A stretch of DNA of 64,000 nt from Candidatus Algichlamydia australiensis (GTDB taxonomy: Bacteria > Chlamydiota > Chlamydiia > Chlamydiales > JAJFMI01), in NCBI GenBank assembly GCA_033977065.1, contig JAXCHI010000003.1, forward strand, positions 352,001 through 416,000. Direction: 5' to 3'. Numbering within the stretch: position 1 is the stretch's first letter; every line of letters starts with the position of its first letter. The translations under genes were made by a program, and so were the position numbers. Positions 28,409 through 38,675 of the stretch are shown here, piece by piece. The notes beneath the pieces are model-generated. The model had not been told where the DNA came from. It did not search any database and saw only the letters and a program-made list of their open reading frames with translations.

Positions 28409-30006
28409 CTTATGTCATGTTTAAATGAGGCCCACTTAAAGTCAATACTTCCTGTCTCTGTGAGTACGACATTTTGTAGGTTATCATCTTGCACGTAGAG
28501 CATAGTAAAGTAAAAAATTGGCATAACGGGCATTTCAGATACAAGAGTTGTTTCACATTTTGCCAAAAGCTATTTTCTTTCTTCTTTATTTTGAAGCGTG
28601 TAAGTCTCTTCAAGCTGGCTTGCAAACTCTTCGTTTGACCAGCCAGTGTTATTCGTTCCATTTTCTTTAGAAGCAAAGACTTCTAAGAAATTGATAGGGT
28701 CGTTGTAATCGGCAATCCAGGAGCCACATGCAAGTTGGTAATCTTGCTTGCGGACGCGGTCAAAATAAACTTTACTCTCAACGGACTCAAGTGCAATACG
28801 AACACCTAGCGCCTCGTTCCACTGCTCTTGGATCGCTTGTGCGATGCGGTGGTTGCGATCGGAGTTTGAGTAGGAGAGGCGAATTTCAGGAAGCTCACTT
28901 AGCCCGAGCTCCTCTTTGGCTTGCTGAAATAGCTCTCTTGCTCTCTCAATGTCGTGATCTGTAAAAAGAGGGGTTTCTTGCAACCCCATACTATCGGGAA
29001 CTATGCCTGTAGCAACAATTTGATTCCCTTGGGTTACATGCTCAATAATCGCTTCTCTATTGATCGCAAGAGAAAACGCTTTTCTAAAATTTGGGTGATT
29101 AAAAGGAGCGACTTCTGTGTTTGTGCGAATCCAGTAGGTACCTAAAAATGGTTTTACGCGGAGGTTTTTGCTTTCTCTTAATGTAGTAATGGCATCTGTT
29201 GGAATTGTGCTATGAGGAGATCCTTCCCAATGTAGTTCGCGGTTTTCAAACATAGAAAATCCCGTCTTTTCATCAACCATGCTCATTTCGATTTTTGCCA
29301 TCTGCACTGCTTTTTCATCCCAGTAGCGCGAATTTTTTTCTGCGATCATCTGATTGTGATGTCGCCACTCACTCAAAACAAAGGGGCCGTTACAAATAAA
29401 ACTTTGGCTGTTTTGCGACCAGTTGGGATTTACCCGGTCAACTTTTGCATTTACAGGGAAATAAATCGGGGCGGCGAGTAGATCTAAAAAATAGGGGGTA
29501 GGATTCTCTAATTTGATTGCAAGTGTTTTTGAATCAAGAGCCTTAACTCCAAGGAAGCTCATCGGAAGTTTTCCCTCTTTGATTGACTTTGCGTTTTTGA
29601 TTGGGTAGAGTTGAGCCGCTTGATCGCAGGGGAAATTTGGGGAGAGTGCTTTCTTCCATGCATAGACAAAGTCGTCTGCAGTTAAACCCTCTCCATTTGA
29701 CCAAGAGGTGTTGCGTAATTGAAAAGTGTAGAGCCTTCCATCTTCAGAAAGTTCATAGCTTTTGGCCGCAGCAAGAGAAGCTTTTCCATCGGCATCAGCG
29801 CGAGTAAGCCCTTCAAAGAACATCTTTATAAGATTTATATCCCCTAGAGAGCGCGCTCTTCTTGGGTCTAATGTTCCCGGTTCCTGACCAATATTGATCT
29901 TAAGAGCAGTTTTGCACTCTCTCTTTTTTGATGCTGCGGATGAGCTATCTTTATTACAACCTGTTACTGCAAGAATTCCAAATAAGAGAAGAGCAATCTT
30001 TTTCAT
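28405..30006 (-). pseudogene. oppA: Oligopeptide ABC substrate-binding lipoprotein with an internal in-frame TAG (28570-28572)
   Basis: Lipobox VTGC; LDPR, FEGL, NGPF and WIADYNDP motifs. The frame continues past the TAG with an OppA-like tail (SEMPVMPIFY...IDFKWA) to a TGA at 28405-28407. Confidence 0.85.
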
Positions 30007-30070
30007 GACCGAAACCTTTTTTAAAAGGTTATAGTCCTTTAAGATTTATTCTTCAATACGCTCTTTTAAT

Positions 30071-30238
30071 TTACGCGCAGGGATCACAAGGATCTTCTTT
30101 AGGGCAGTTTGGGTGTTGTTGACCCTGTTCTGTTGGCTGTGACATTTTTTGAGTCGGTTGCTGCTGTGTGTTATTACAGCTAGTAGCACCGAATAAAAAT
30201 AAGCAAACAAATAAAATAGATGCTTTGAACTTTTTCAT
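30071..30238 (-). CDS. 55-aa lipoprotein with Cys-rich C-terminus (absent from the ORF track)
   Basis: MKKFKASILFVCLFLFGATSC-NNTQQQPTQKMSQPTEQGQQHPNCPKEDPCDPCA, with an AGGAG RBS and a lipobox. Confidence 0.8.
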   Translation of the reverse strand: MKKFKASILFVCLFLFGATSCNNTQQQPTQKMSQPTEQGQQHPNCPKEDPCDPCA

Positions 30239-30282
30239 GGTTTAAACTCCTTTTTTTTCACATTATTTGTTATAGTTATTTT

Positions 30283-30996
30283 ATGCAAATTACTCTTGCA
30301 AATGCTCCTGTTTTTCACTCCCACAGCTTAAACGAATTGTTTGATGGAGAGATGCAGCTCGATGATCAAGGGCTTTTTCGACCGCTCGAGCTTATTCTTT
30401 TTGAGGGGACACAAGTTGAAGTTTTAGGAGAGGAGGAGGATTTTTTTGAAGTTCGAATTTGCCACTATCCCTCTCAGGTACCCCTTTATGTTCCTAAAAT
30501 TTTTATTGGCAGAGGTGCTCCTAAAAAGCGTGTAATGCCAACAAGAGAACAACTTTTGGAGAGACTCTACTCAAAGCTCGGTCTTCCCTACATATGGGGA
30601 GGGAATTGTTCAGCTGGTATTCCCGAGATGCTCACTCTCTTTCCACCGAAAAATCTTCTTACTGAAGAGGAGGAGGCGCGTTGGACATTTCGTGGGCTTG
30701 ATTGTTCTGGGCTTCTGTATGAAGCAACAGATGGCTTAGTGCCGCGCAACACAGCCTCGATGATGGAATTTGGAGAGCCGGTAACGGGCGATTTAGAGCC
30801 GCTCGACCTGATTCTCTTCAAAGGGCATGTACTCTTTGTAGCGGAAGAGGGGAAGGTAATTGAGAGTCACTTAGCTGATGGTGGCGTAGTGCTGCACAAT
30901 TTGAAAGAGCGTTTAGACGCAATTCAAGAGCCGCTATCATTTAGACGTTTTTCAAAAATTTTGCGCAACTCTTCCCTCTCAAAATCACTCTCTTGA
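30283..30996 (+). CDS. NlpC/P60 peptidoglycan endopeptidase
   Basis: GLPYIWGG, GLDCSGL and GHV catalytic motifs. Confidence 0.88.
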   Translation: MQITLANAPVFHSHSLNELFDGEMQLDDQGLFRPLELILFEGTQVEVLGEEEDFFEVRICHYPSQVPLYVPKIFIGRGAPKKRVMPTREQLLERLYSKLGLPYIWGGNCSAGIPEMLTLFPPKNLLTEEEEARWTFRGLDCSGLLYEATDGLVPRNTASMMEFGEPVTGDLEPLDLILFKGHVLFVAEEGKVIESHLADGGVVLHNLKERLDAIQEPLSFRRFSKILRNSSLSKSLS

Positions 30997-31394
30997 TAGA
31001 GGGGTTTTCCCTTTTTTTTCTTTAGTTTGCGATGAGCAAGAATTAAAAAATCTTCTGCCGAAAGAGTGGGAATGCCAAACTCTTTTGCTGAAAACGCAAG
31101 CGGTCGATCAGATGTAACGAGGGTTGTTTCTTTCGGTTTTTTGTTCAGAGAGAGGATTTCAAGGAGGTAGCGGTCAGCGCAAAGATCACGGGGGGCAAAA
31201 ATAATTTCAAGGTTTCCCCTTTTTGATTGAACGGGAAGATCAGATCCGCTCTCCTTATGGCTATCAAAAACAACGCGGATACTTAAAGGGATTTTAGCAA
31301 GAAACTCTACTAACTCTTTGCGCGTAGCTTCAACATCATCTGGTTGAGGTCTGATACGGAAGAGCAAATTGTAACCATCAACAAGGTATTCCAA
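30924..31394 (-). CDS. NYN/YacP-like ribonuclease
   Basis: YLVDGYNL, VVFD, AD and VTSDR motifs. Confidence 0.85.
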   Translation of the reverse strand: MEYLVDGYNLLFRIRPQPDDVEATRKELVEFLAKIPLSIRVVFDSHKESGSDLPVQSKRGNLEIIFAPRDLCADRYLLEILSLNKKPKETTLVTSDRPLAFSAKEFGIPTLSAEDFLILAHRKLKKKKGKPLYQESDFEREELRKIFEKRLNDSGS

Positions 31395-31983
31395 TAGATT
31401 CGAGGGTCAAGAGGATTTTATCGAAGGCCTTGCTTCTGTGCGAGATGCGGTTTTTGACATCTTCTGTAAGCTCAGCAATCGTTTTATTGTAGTCATACTT
31501 GATGAAGATTGGATCGTATCCAAACCCTTGATTGCCGCGTGGTTCCGTGATGAGGGAGCCTTCGCAAGTTCCTGTCACACACTTAATAAGATTGCCGCTC
31601 TCATCACAAAGAGCCATGGCACACTCAAATCTAGCAAGGCGTTTTTCTGGCTTAATATTTTTGAGCTCTCCAATAATTTTTTCTAAATTCTCTTTGTTGG
31701 TGGCGTTTTTTCCCGCATAGCGTCGAGAACGAATACCAGGCCGTCCATCAAGTGCAGGAACAACTAGCCCAGAATCATCGGCAAGAGTCATTACTTTTAA
31801 CTCTTTAGCCGCGGAAGAGGCTTTTAAAATGGCGTTCTCTTCAAACGTCTGTCCCGTCTCTTCAGGCAGGACAAAATTGGGAAAGTCGCGCAGAGAGAGA
31901 AGTTCTAAATTTTTGTACTTGGTTAAAATTGCGCGGATTTCGCGCAACTTATGCAAGTTTGAAGTGGCGAGTAAAAGTTTCAT
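31378..31983 (-). CDS. rdgB: dITP/XTP pyrophosphatase
   Basis: ATSNLHK, ADDSGL, GFGYDPIF and SHR motifs. Confidence 0.96.
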   Translation of the reverse strand: MKLLLATSNLHKLREIRAILTKYKNLELLSLRDFPNFVLPEETGQTFEENAILKASSAAKELKVMTLADDSGLVVPALDGRPGIRSRRYAGKNATNKENLEKIIGELKNIKPEKRLARFECAMALCDESGNLIKCVTGTCEGSLITEPRGNQGFGYDPIFIKYDYNKTIAELTEDVKNRISHRSKAFDKILLTLESIGIPC

Positions 31984-34139
31984 GCAAAATAGTTGCGAAT
32001 CTTATTTATAGTGTAGGAAGCATCCGCAGATTTAAAGGTATCACCAACTTTTAATCCCGTCATCTCTTTTGCAAGTTTTGACTGAAAAGAGAGAATGTTT
32101 TCTTCAGGTTTTGCATCCCAGGGACCTAATAGAGTGAAAGTAGTTTTTTCACCCTTTTCATCGGAACATTCTACAACGCAGCCAACATTGACAGAAGAAG
32201 TGTCCACGTCTGTTGCATTCATAATGCGCATGTTGCCGATTAGATCTGAGAGGCGTTTCAACTCAGACTGCAAGCGAGATCTCTGTTCAAGAGCCGACTT
32301 GTATTCAGCATTTTCTCGCAAATCTCCATAGCCTCTTGCAATTTCAACCTGCTTAGCGTTTTCTACTGTTTCAACAGTAGCAATCTGGTGCATTCGCTCT
32401 TTGACTTTGTTGAAGCCCTCTTCAGTCGTCCAGACAACGATCTCATCACTCTCTTTATCTTGGTAAGCACTGGAAAGGCTCCCAAGCGATGGATGGACCA
32501 CCTCAGCAAGAGAGTGGAAAATTTTCTTTGCATGATCTGTCAGAGTGTGACACTTAGTTGCAAGAAGAAGAAATTCATGAACCATCTCCTTGCTCGCTCC
32601 TTGGAAAATGGCGCGGACGTTAGCAAAACGACCCGAGATCATGAAGTTCTGCATCTTCTTTAAAAGATCGCGCTGTCCCTTCTCTTTTTCTAGCTGATAG
32701 TAGAGGGCGAGGAATGCCTCAAATACGCGACATTTTCCCTCTTTATCAGCAAAGGGGAGAGACTCATCGGTCATCACTTTCTGCATGTACCAGAAGGTTG
32801 CTTGAGGATGGCGAAGAGGATCTAGAAAGAGTTTTTCTAATTCGGTCTTCAGCTCACTGCTCTTCTTTTCTTTTATCAACACTTGCAACATATAGTCGCG
32901 CAGAGGGTTTTGTTGAAGAGCAAAAATCAGTTCTAAGAAGAGGGGACTCCAGTCGGGGCGGAGCTTATGTACAAGAACAAGAGCACGTTTTTTGTAAGCA
33001 ATGATCTCAATTTTTCCAATTACAGCCTTGAGATTGGAGAAGCGTTTAATGAGCTCCTCCTGTGCTTTTCCTGCTTTTGCTGGAGCAAGCTCTTCAAGTA
33101 AAAAATAGAGCTGCAGTTCCTGACTATCATTGAGCTCTTCATTTTTAATCGTCTCTAAAATCTTTTCACTAAGTGAGTCTTTGAATTCGGCTTTTTTCAG
33201 AGCACTTGAGAAGTCGCGAAGGAAAGTGTAGACCATCTGGATGAAGGTGTTTGTGTCCTCACACTTATCCAAAGATTTGTTTAAGCGCTCTTCGGGGGAG
33301 AGCTCATTTTCACGAAGAAAGAAGGGGGTGCGCAGGTCGTCTGGTGTTTCGATTAGTGAATCTTTTTTCAGTTTGTTGCGGGCAGTTTGCCACCACCTGG
33401 ACCACTCCTTTTCAGGAATGACAAGATCGGCCAATTCATCTTTGATTTCAGCAGCAGTTTTAGGACCAAGGTCTGAAAGAAGACGGCGAATAACCGCAAC
33501 AGGATCGCGTTTTGCCCACTCTTCTAATTTATCGGGATCACCGAACCGCATTGCTAAAAAGTGCTCTTTTGGAATCGGAATCAATGCTTTAAAGGCATTT
33601 TTAAATGAGAAATCTTTGATGCCTGATACGTAATCAAATTCAATAGAGATTTGTTCGCGCAGGCTAGAGACATCCATAATTTCGCCAACGCCCCAGCCAC
33701 CGGTATGGAAAACAAAATTGCCCTTTTTCAAGTGGACAAGAAGTTCAAAGTTGCGAATTGCACCGCGAAATTCTTTTTGTTCACGCAATCCGACCATTTT
33801 TAGTTTTTGTGCAAAGTCGGGCTCTTCACCAAAGCGCGCTTTTAAATAGGCAATTGCACGAGTCGCAAGCTCAGAAGTGTTTGTAGTTTGGAGGTCGTAA
33901 ACAAGGGCGAGAGTTTCGCGTGAAAGAGAGGAGTTTTCGATCTTTTCCCAGAGGGGGAGGATATGTTCTACATAGAGGCCAAATGAGGAGGTGAGTTTTG
34001 CCTCTTTGGCGGCAAGTAAAATTTCTTTTAACTCTTCGCCGTCGATTTCGTCTGACTCGCAGTACTCTTCCCACAAACTCAAAAATGATGGATAATCATT
34101 ATTTGAAAGATGTTTCTTAAACTGCTTATAGTAGTCCAT
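31980..34139 (-). CDS. greA: Chlamydial/spirochaete-type long transcription elongation factor GreA
   Basis: C-terminal GDLRENAEY and LGPWD motifs with a ~560-aa N-terminal extension. Confidence 0.93.
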   Translation of the reverse strand: MDYYKQFKKHLSNNDYPSFLSLWEEYCESDEIDGEELKEILLAAKEAKLTSSFGLYVEHILPLWEKIENSSLSRETLALVYDLQTTNTSELATRAIAYLKARFGEEPDFAQKLKMVGLREQKEFRGAIRNFELLVHLKKGNFVFHTGGWGVGEIMDVSSLREQISIEFDYVSGIKDFSFKNAFKALIPIPKEHFLAMRFGDPDKLEEWAKRDPVAVIRRLLSDLGPKTAAEIKDELADLVIPEKEWSRWWQTARNKLKKDSLIETPDDLRTPFFLRENELSPEERLNKSLDKCEDTNTFIQMVYTFLRDFSSALKKAEFKDSLSEKILETIKNEELNDSQELQLYFLLEELAPAKAGKAQEELIKRFSNLKAVIGKIEIIAYKKRALVLVHKLRPDWSPLFLELIFALQQNPLRDYMLQVLIKEKKSSELKTELEKLFLDPLRHPQATFWYMQKVMTDESLPFADKEGKCRVFEAFLALYYQLEKEKGQRDLLKKMQNFMISGRFANVRAIFQGASKEMVHEFLLLATKCHTLTDHAKKIFHSLAEVVHPSLGSLSSAYQDKESDEIVVWTTEEGFNKVKERMHQIATVETVENAKQVEIARGYGDLRENAEYKSALEQRSRLQSELKRLSDLIGNMRIMNATDVDTSSVNVGCVVECSDEKGEKTTFTLLGPWDAKPEENILSFQSKLAKEMTGLKVGDTFKSADASYTINKIRNYFA

Positions 34140-34238
34140 GTACCCTCAATTTAACAATTATTAATATTGTACTAAATCTCTCTTTAAATATCAAGAACGG
34201 TCTGGAAGTAAAAAAAAAGATAAGAGATAGTTTTGAGT

Positions 34239-35537
34239 ATGCACATCAAAATACGAAAAGGTCTTACTATCCCTCTTCCGGGACCAGCAAATCGATTTAT
34301 AGAAAAGCTGACGCAGCCAAAGCGCGCTGCACTTGAGCTTAGCTCTTTTAAAGATGTGCGCTTTGCCCTCAAAGTTCAAGAGGGCGATCTTGTGCAAATT
34401 GGTACACCACTTGTAGTAGATAAAGATTTGCCCGAGCGCAATTTTGTTTCGCCTGTTTCAGGAAAAGTAGTGGAGATCAAGCGAGGGGAGAAGAGACGTC
34501 TACTCGCTATTGGAATCGAATTGGATTCAGAGCAACAAAGTGCTTCGCTGCCTAAAATCACAAATGGTGATCGTGATGCAATCATTAAATCTTTTTTACA
34601 GGCGGGTCTTTTTGCTCACATTCGCCAGCGCCCCTGCAATATACTGGCTCATCCCAAGCGTCTTCCCAAAAGCATCTTTGTACAAGCGCTCGCTTCTGCT
34701 CCGTATGAGCCTTCACCGCTACTTGAAATGGAGGAATATAGGCAAGCTTTTGCCAAGGGCTTAGAGCTATTAGAAAAGATTGCACCTGTTCATGTTGTAT
34801 CGAGAGAAAAGCTGGATTTGCAACATGGAACAAACCATACAGCTGAGGGGCCGCATCCGATTGCCAACCCTTCAGTTCATATCTACCACATTGATCCTAT
34901 CACAAATCGTGAGCAAACTGTCTGGACTGTGCAGGTACATGACGTAATCGTAATGGGAATTTTGGCTTTAGAAGGTCGCTACCACAACACGCGCCTGATT
35001 AGTCTTGCTGGCGAGCCGGTTCCTGAAGAAAAGCGCGGCTTTTATCGCGTCACCTGTGGCACGCAAATCCAAGAAATTTTTCAAAACAGGGAGTGCCGCA
35101 TCATCTCAGGAAATCCTTTGACAGGCAGAGGTGTGCAGCCCGATGATTATCTTGGATTTTTTGATAGCACTATCTGTGCGATACAAGAGAGTCATAAACG
35201 CAGGCTGCTCCACTTTTTACGAGCAAAAACAAAAAGCTATTCTGCTCTTAAAGCCTACCTCACCTCAAAGCAAGCGCAATTTTCCACACTCCAGCATGGC
35301 GAAGAACGCGCTTTTGTCGATGGCGGGATCTATCAAAAAATCATGCCGATGGAAATTTCGGTCATGCACCTGATCAAAGCGTTACTTGCGGAAAACTTGG
35401 AGCTTGCAGATGAATTGGGATTGCTTGAGGTTGCGGCAGAGGATTTTGCTTTGTCTGAGTTTATCTGTCCAAGCAAAGTGCCTATGTGTGCCATCGCAGA
35501 AAAAGGCCTGCTCGCCTACGCCAAACAATATTTCTAG
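34239..35537 (+). CDS. nqrA: Na(+)-translocating NADH:quinone reductase subunit A
   Basis: IKIRKGL.IP, SPVSG, RGEKR, GPHP and LLEVAAED...FICPSK motifs. Confidence 0.92.
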   Translation: MHIKIRKGLTIPLPGPANRFIEKLTQPKRAALELSSFKDVRFALKVQEGDLVQIGTPLVVDKDLPERNFVSPVSGKVVEIKRGEKRRLLAIGIELDSEQQSASLPKITNGDRDAIIKSFLQAGLFAHIRQRPCNILAHPKRLPKSIFVQALASAPYEPSPLLEMEEYRQAFAKGLELLEKIAPVHVVSREKLDLQHGTNHTAEGPHPIANPSVHIYHIDPITNREQTVWTVQVHDVIVMGILALEGRYHNTRLISLAGEPVPEEKRGFYRVTCGTQIQEIFQNRECRIISGNPLTGRGVQPDDYLGFFDSTICAIQESHKRRLLHFLRAKTKSYSALKAYLTSKQAQFSTLQHGEERAFVDGGIYQKIMPMEISVMHLIKALLAENLELADELGLLEVAAEDFALSEFICPSKVPMCAIAEKGLLAYAKQYF

Positions 35538-35601
35538 TGCTGCTGTTACAGCAAAATGGTTTGGCCATAGCAGTTTGGTGATACTATCTTGCTCTAGTTC
35601 T

Positions 35602-36015
35602 CTAGATTTTTAGCGAAAGAAAAATACAGCTAGAGTTATCGACGTAGCCCTCTCGAACAAAATCGATCTTATAGCCTAATTTTTTATAAAATTCTATAGC
35701 TTGGAAACTCATTGTGGTCACAGTCGCAATTCTGCAAGAGTTCTTTTTTCCATACTTATGAATTGCTTCCATTAATTTTTTCCCTAATCCTTTTCTCCTA
35801 TGAGCCGGAGCTACCCAGAGCTGATCTGTATAAATAGAACCAAAAATAATTGAGCCATTACATCCAGCAATGATTTCTTCACTTTTTCTTAAATACATCG
35901 CAAATGGGTACGCATTTCCTTTATTCACAACCTCTTCGTTAATTTTTTTTGTGAGAAAGTTCACATCTTCAGCATTGGGATGCGTTGTGATTTCAAGATT
36001 CCAGTTTTTTTGCAT
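35602..36015 (-). CDS. GNAT acetyltransferase
   Basis: LWVAPAHRRKGLGKKLM and FQAIEFYKKLGY motifs. Confidence 0.9.
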   Translation of the reverse strand: MQKNWNLEITTHPNAEDVNFLTKKINEEVVNKGNAYPFAMYLRKSEEIIAGCNGSIIFGSIYTDQLWVAPAHRRKGLGKKLMEAIHKYGKKNSCRIATVTTMSFQAIEFYKKLGYKIDFVREGYVDNSSCIFLSLKI

Positions 36016-36170
36016 TTGGGCCCCTTCCTTTAGCTTAAAAACTTAAATTTCTACCCTCTTCCTCCTCTGGAGAGAAATTGGGTAGCAATTTAAGTTTAAA
36101 AGTGGAGTGATTTTTAAATGTTATTGTTTGCCTTGATAAGGAATTTATGCAAGAGATGCTTGCCAAATTC

Positions 36171-36302
36171 GCAGACGAACTGGAGTTACCAGAGGTTGCA
36201 GCAGAGGATTTTGCTTTGTCCGAGTTTATCTGCCCGAACAAAGTGCCTGTGTGTACTATCGCAGAAAAAGGCTTGCTTACCTACGCCAAACAGTACTTTT
36301 AA
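36171..36302 (+). repeat. Diverged duplicate of the last 132 bp of nqrA
   Basis: 110/132 nt identical to 35406-35537 by hand alignment, ungapped and ending at the stop codon. Confidence 0.9.
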
Positions 36303-36799
36303 TGACCTTACCAAGCGTTGAGGGGCAGATGAGTCTTTCCAATGTTTGATATGAGGAAAACGCTCTTTACCTTCGTTTTTGTCTGGAAACATGAAATACC
36401 AAGGCGCCCGGTTATAAGGGATGGGGAGCTAAAACATTGAGGCGCCTAGCAAGGGATTTAAAAGTCGAGTTTTCTAACATGACAGAGTTCTCCTTACGAA
36501 ATCTACACTATATGAAACAATTTTTTGAGGGGTATCCTGATACAAATTGTGCAGCAGCAGCTGCACAATTGCCATGGGGTCACAACATGCTCCTGCTCAA
36601 CAAGATAAAAGAAAAAGACAAACGATTGTGGTATATAGAACAAGCAAAAAAAGGAGGCTGGAGTCGCAGCACTTTAGACTCATGGATCGAGTCTGATCTT
36701 TATGAAAGAAAGGGAAAGGCACTTACAAATTTTAAAGATACGCTTCCAGCGATTCAGTCTGACCTGGCAGAGCAGCTACTAAAAGATCCTTACAACTTA

Positions 36800-38077
36800 G
36801 ATAGCGTCGTCAAAAGCATACAACCATCTTATTTTTCATGTTTGGGCTCCATTTTTGTGCTCAAATGAAGCGGAATTTACAAATTCAGCTGGCCTTGTTG
36901 CGTAAATAGCAATTGAAGAAAGTCGTGTCCCGTTTCTTTTTTTCTTTCTCTTACTCAGATTGTTATCCATTCGCCTTTCGGCATCCCTAGACTGCTTATT
37001 TTATTCATCGCTACACTCTTCGCGTATGCTTCTGCTCTTTGATTTTTTAGCTTGCGGGTTTTCAGTTTGTCACCAAATATCGTTTTGAATCGATACATCG
37101 CTGTTTCTGCCATTGATCGCCTATGATATCCTATTAATTTCTTCCAAATTTTTCTTCCTTCTTCGTCTCCTCCTAGTCCTTTAATTGCCTCTAACGCTTC
37201 ATTTCTATCTCTCATCCACGGCTCTTTTTCTAATTCGTGCCTCACTCCATTTTTCTGCGGCGGGATTATCGGTTTGCTTTTTTAATTCCCTATAGCTCTC
37301 TTTTGTATCGTAGGCTCCATCTCCATAGACTCTTTTTACTTTTTTAGGCAGCTTTTTCATGATTTTTCTTCCAGCTTGGCTGTCTCCTTCACTATTCTTT
37401 CCTAGTTTGCTTAAAACTATTTCGTGGCTATCAGGACATGTCGCTAAATGCAGTTTGCGCCAGGTTCTTCTCTTTTTCTTACCGTGTTTACGTGCATTCC
37501 ATTCGCCTTCTCCGTATACTTTTAATCCTGTTGAATCAATGACGATATCTGCCGGCTGCTTTTTGCTTATTTTTGCTACTTCTTTTCCGAGTTTCCCTGC
37601 CCTCCTACATATACGGGTGTAACACGGCACTGGTAGCTCCACTCCTAATAGAATCATTAGAGTTTCCAAAAAACCTGCTAATCCCCTATAGGGCAGGTGG
37701 TAAACTGACTTGATAATCAAGGCGCAAAGAATGGCATCATCAGAATATATTTCGGGTCTTCCTCTTTTAGATTTTCCGTCTGAGAGCCATTTCTCAATAG
37801 CATCTGGCGACAACCAAAAAGTGATGCTTCCTCTTTTTTTCAGGGATTTGTTATATTCAGACCAGTTGCGGATGATGTACTTTTTATTTGTCTCTTTCAT
37901 GTAACCTCTAAATCTTCGTAGTGATTAACAAAAATTTAAAGTCTTACTGAAATTTTGACAAGAAAGTCTTTATCCGCAGCTATTTACGCAACAAGGCCAA
38001 TTCAGCTTCAATTTCCGCACAAAAATAAGCTGCAAACATGAAAAATAATCTGATTATAGCCTTTTGACGACACTATC
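36800..38077. mobile_element. Second copy of the 161-bp TA-MITE, split by an IS
   Basis: Both halves match 18722-18882; TA at 36798 and 38078. Confidence 0.92.
36891..37998 (-). mobile_element. IS5-family (IS903-like) insertion sequence, 1108 bp, with frameshifted transposase (37900-36955)
   Basis: 20-bp perfect TIR GGCCTTGTTGCGTAAATAGC and 9-bp target duplication AATTCAGCT. Motifs NWSEYN..L..RGS, IDSTGLKVYGEGEW, DGAYD and YHRRS.AETAM.R.K. Confidence 0.95.
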
Positions 38078-38370
38078 TAGATTTTATTTCATTATCTACA
38101 GCTTACAAGGAGAAAGAGCTTGAACAGGGGTTAGTCGATCATATCCAGAGATTTTTAGTTGAACTTGGTGAGGGTTTTGCTTTTATGGGAAGGCAATTTC
38201 AAATCAATGTTCAAGGAGAAGAGCACTTTTTAGATCTTCTTTTTTATCACGTGAAGTTGCGCTGCTATGTGGTAATTGAACTTAAGACAACAGCTTTTGA
38301 CCCTCGTGATGCGGGACAAATCAACTTTTACCTATCTGCTGTGGATGATCTTATGAGGCATCCTGACGAT

Positions 38371-38530
38371 GAACCTATCCAACTAAAGCTGCTTTTGAAA
38401 TTTTTTCTCAGTTTCGAGAAGGATTTTGGGATCTTTTTGAAAACAACTTAATTAAGTTGTTTGAAAAAATAGCTCAAAATCCAGCCAAAAATGTGGAAAA
38501 AGGCAAAAGCAGCTTTAGTTGGATAGGTTC
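38371..38530. mobile_element. 160-bp palindromic MITE with AT duplication
   Basis: 27-bp perfect TIR GAACCTATCCAACTAAAGCTGCTTTTG; centre AAACAACTTAATTAAGTTGTTT. Excision restores HPDD-KPTIG. Confidence 0.9.
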
Positions 38531-38675
38531 ATAAGCCTACTATCGGAATTTTGCTCTGCAAAACAAAAAATAAAGTGAAAGTTGAATATGCTCTTCGCAA
38601 TTCTAAGAGTCCGATAGGGGTGGCAAGTTATGAAACCAAAATTCTAAAGAATTTGCCTAAAAACCTTAAGTCTAG

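Noticed and set aside
28410..28676. 88-aa ORF as a frameshifted continuation of oppA
   Set aside because: The OppA-like tail is in the same frame as oppA behind a TAG; this ORF is a shadow frame.
35406..36302. Diversity-generating retroelement TR/VR pair
   Set aside because: Differences are mostly synonymous transitions at all base types, not adenine-specific, and no reverse transcriptase is present.
37270..37290. Programmed -1 frameshift (A AAA AAG) in the IS transposase
   Set aside because: The downstream IIPP motif lies in the +1 frame and a -1 shift meets a stop within a few codons, so a small deletion is more likely.
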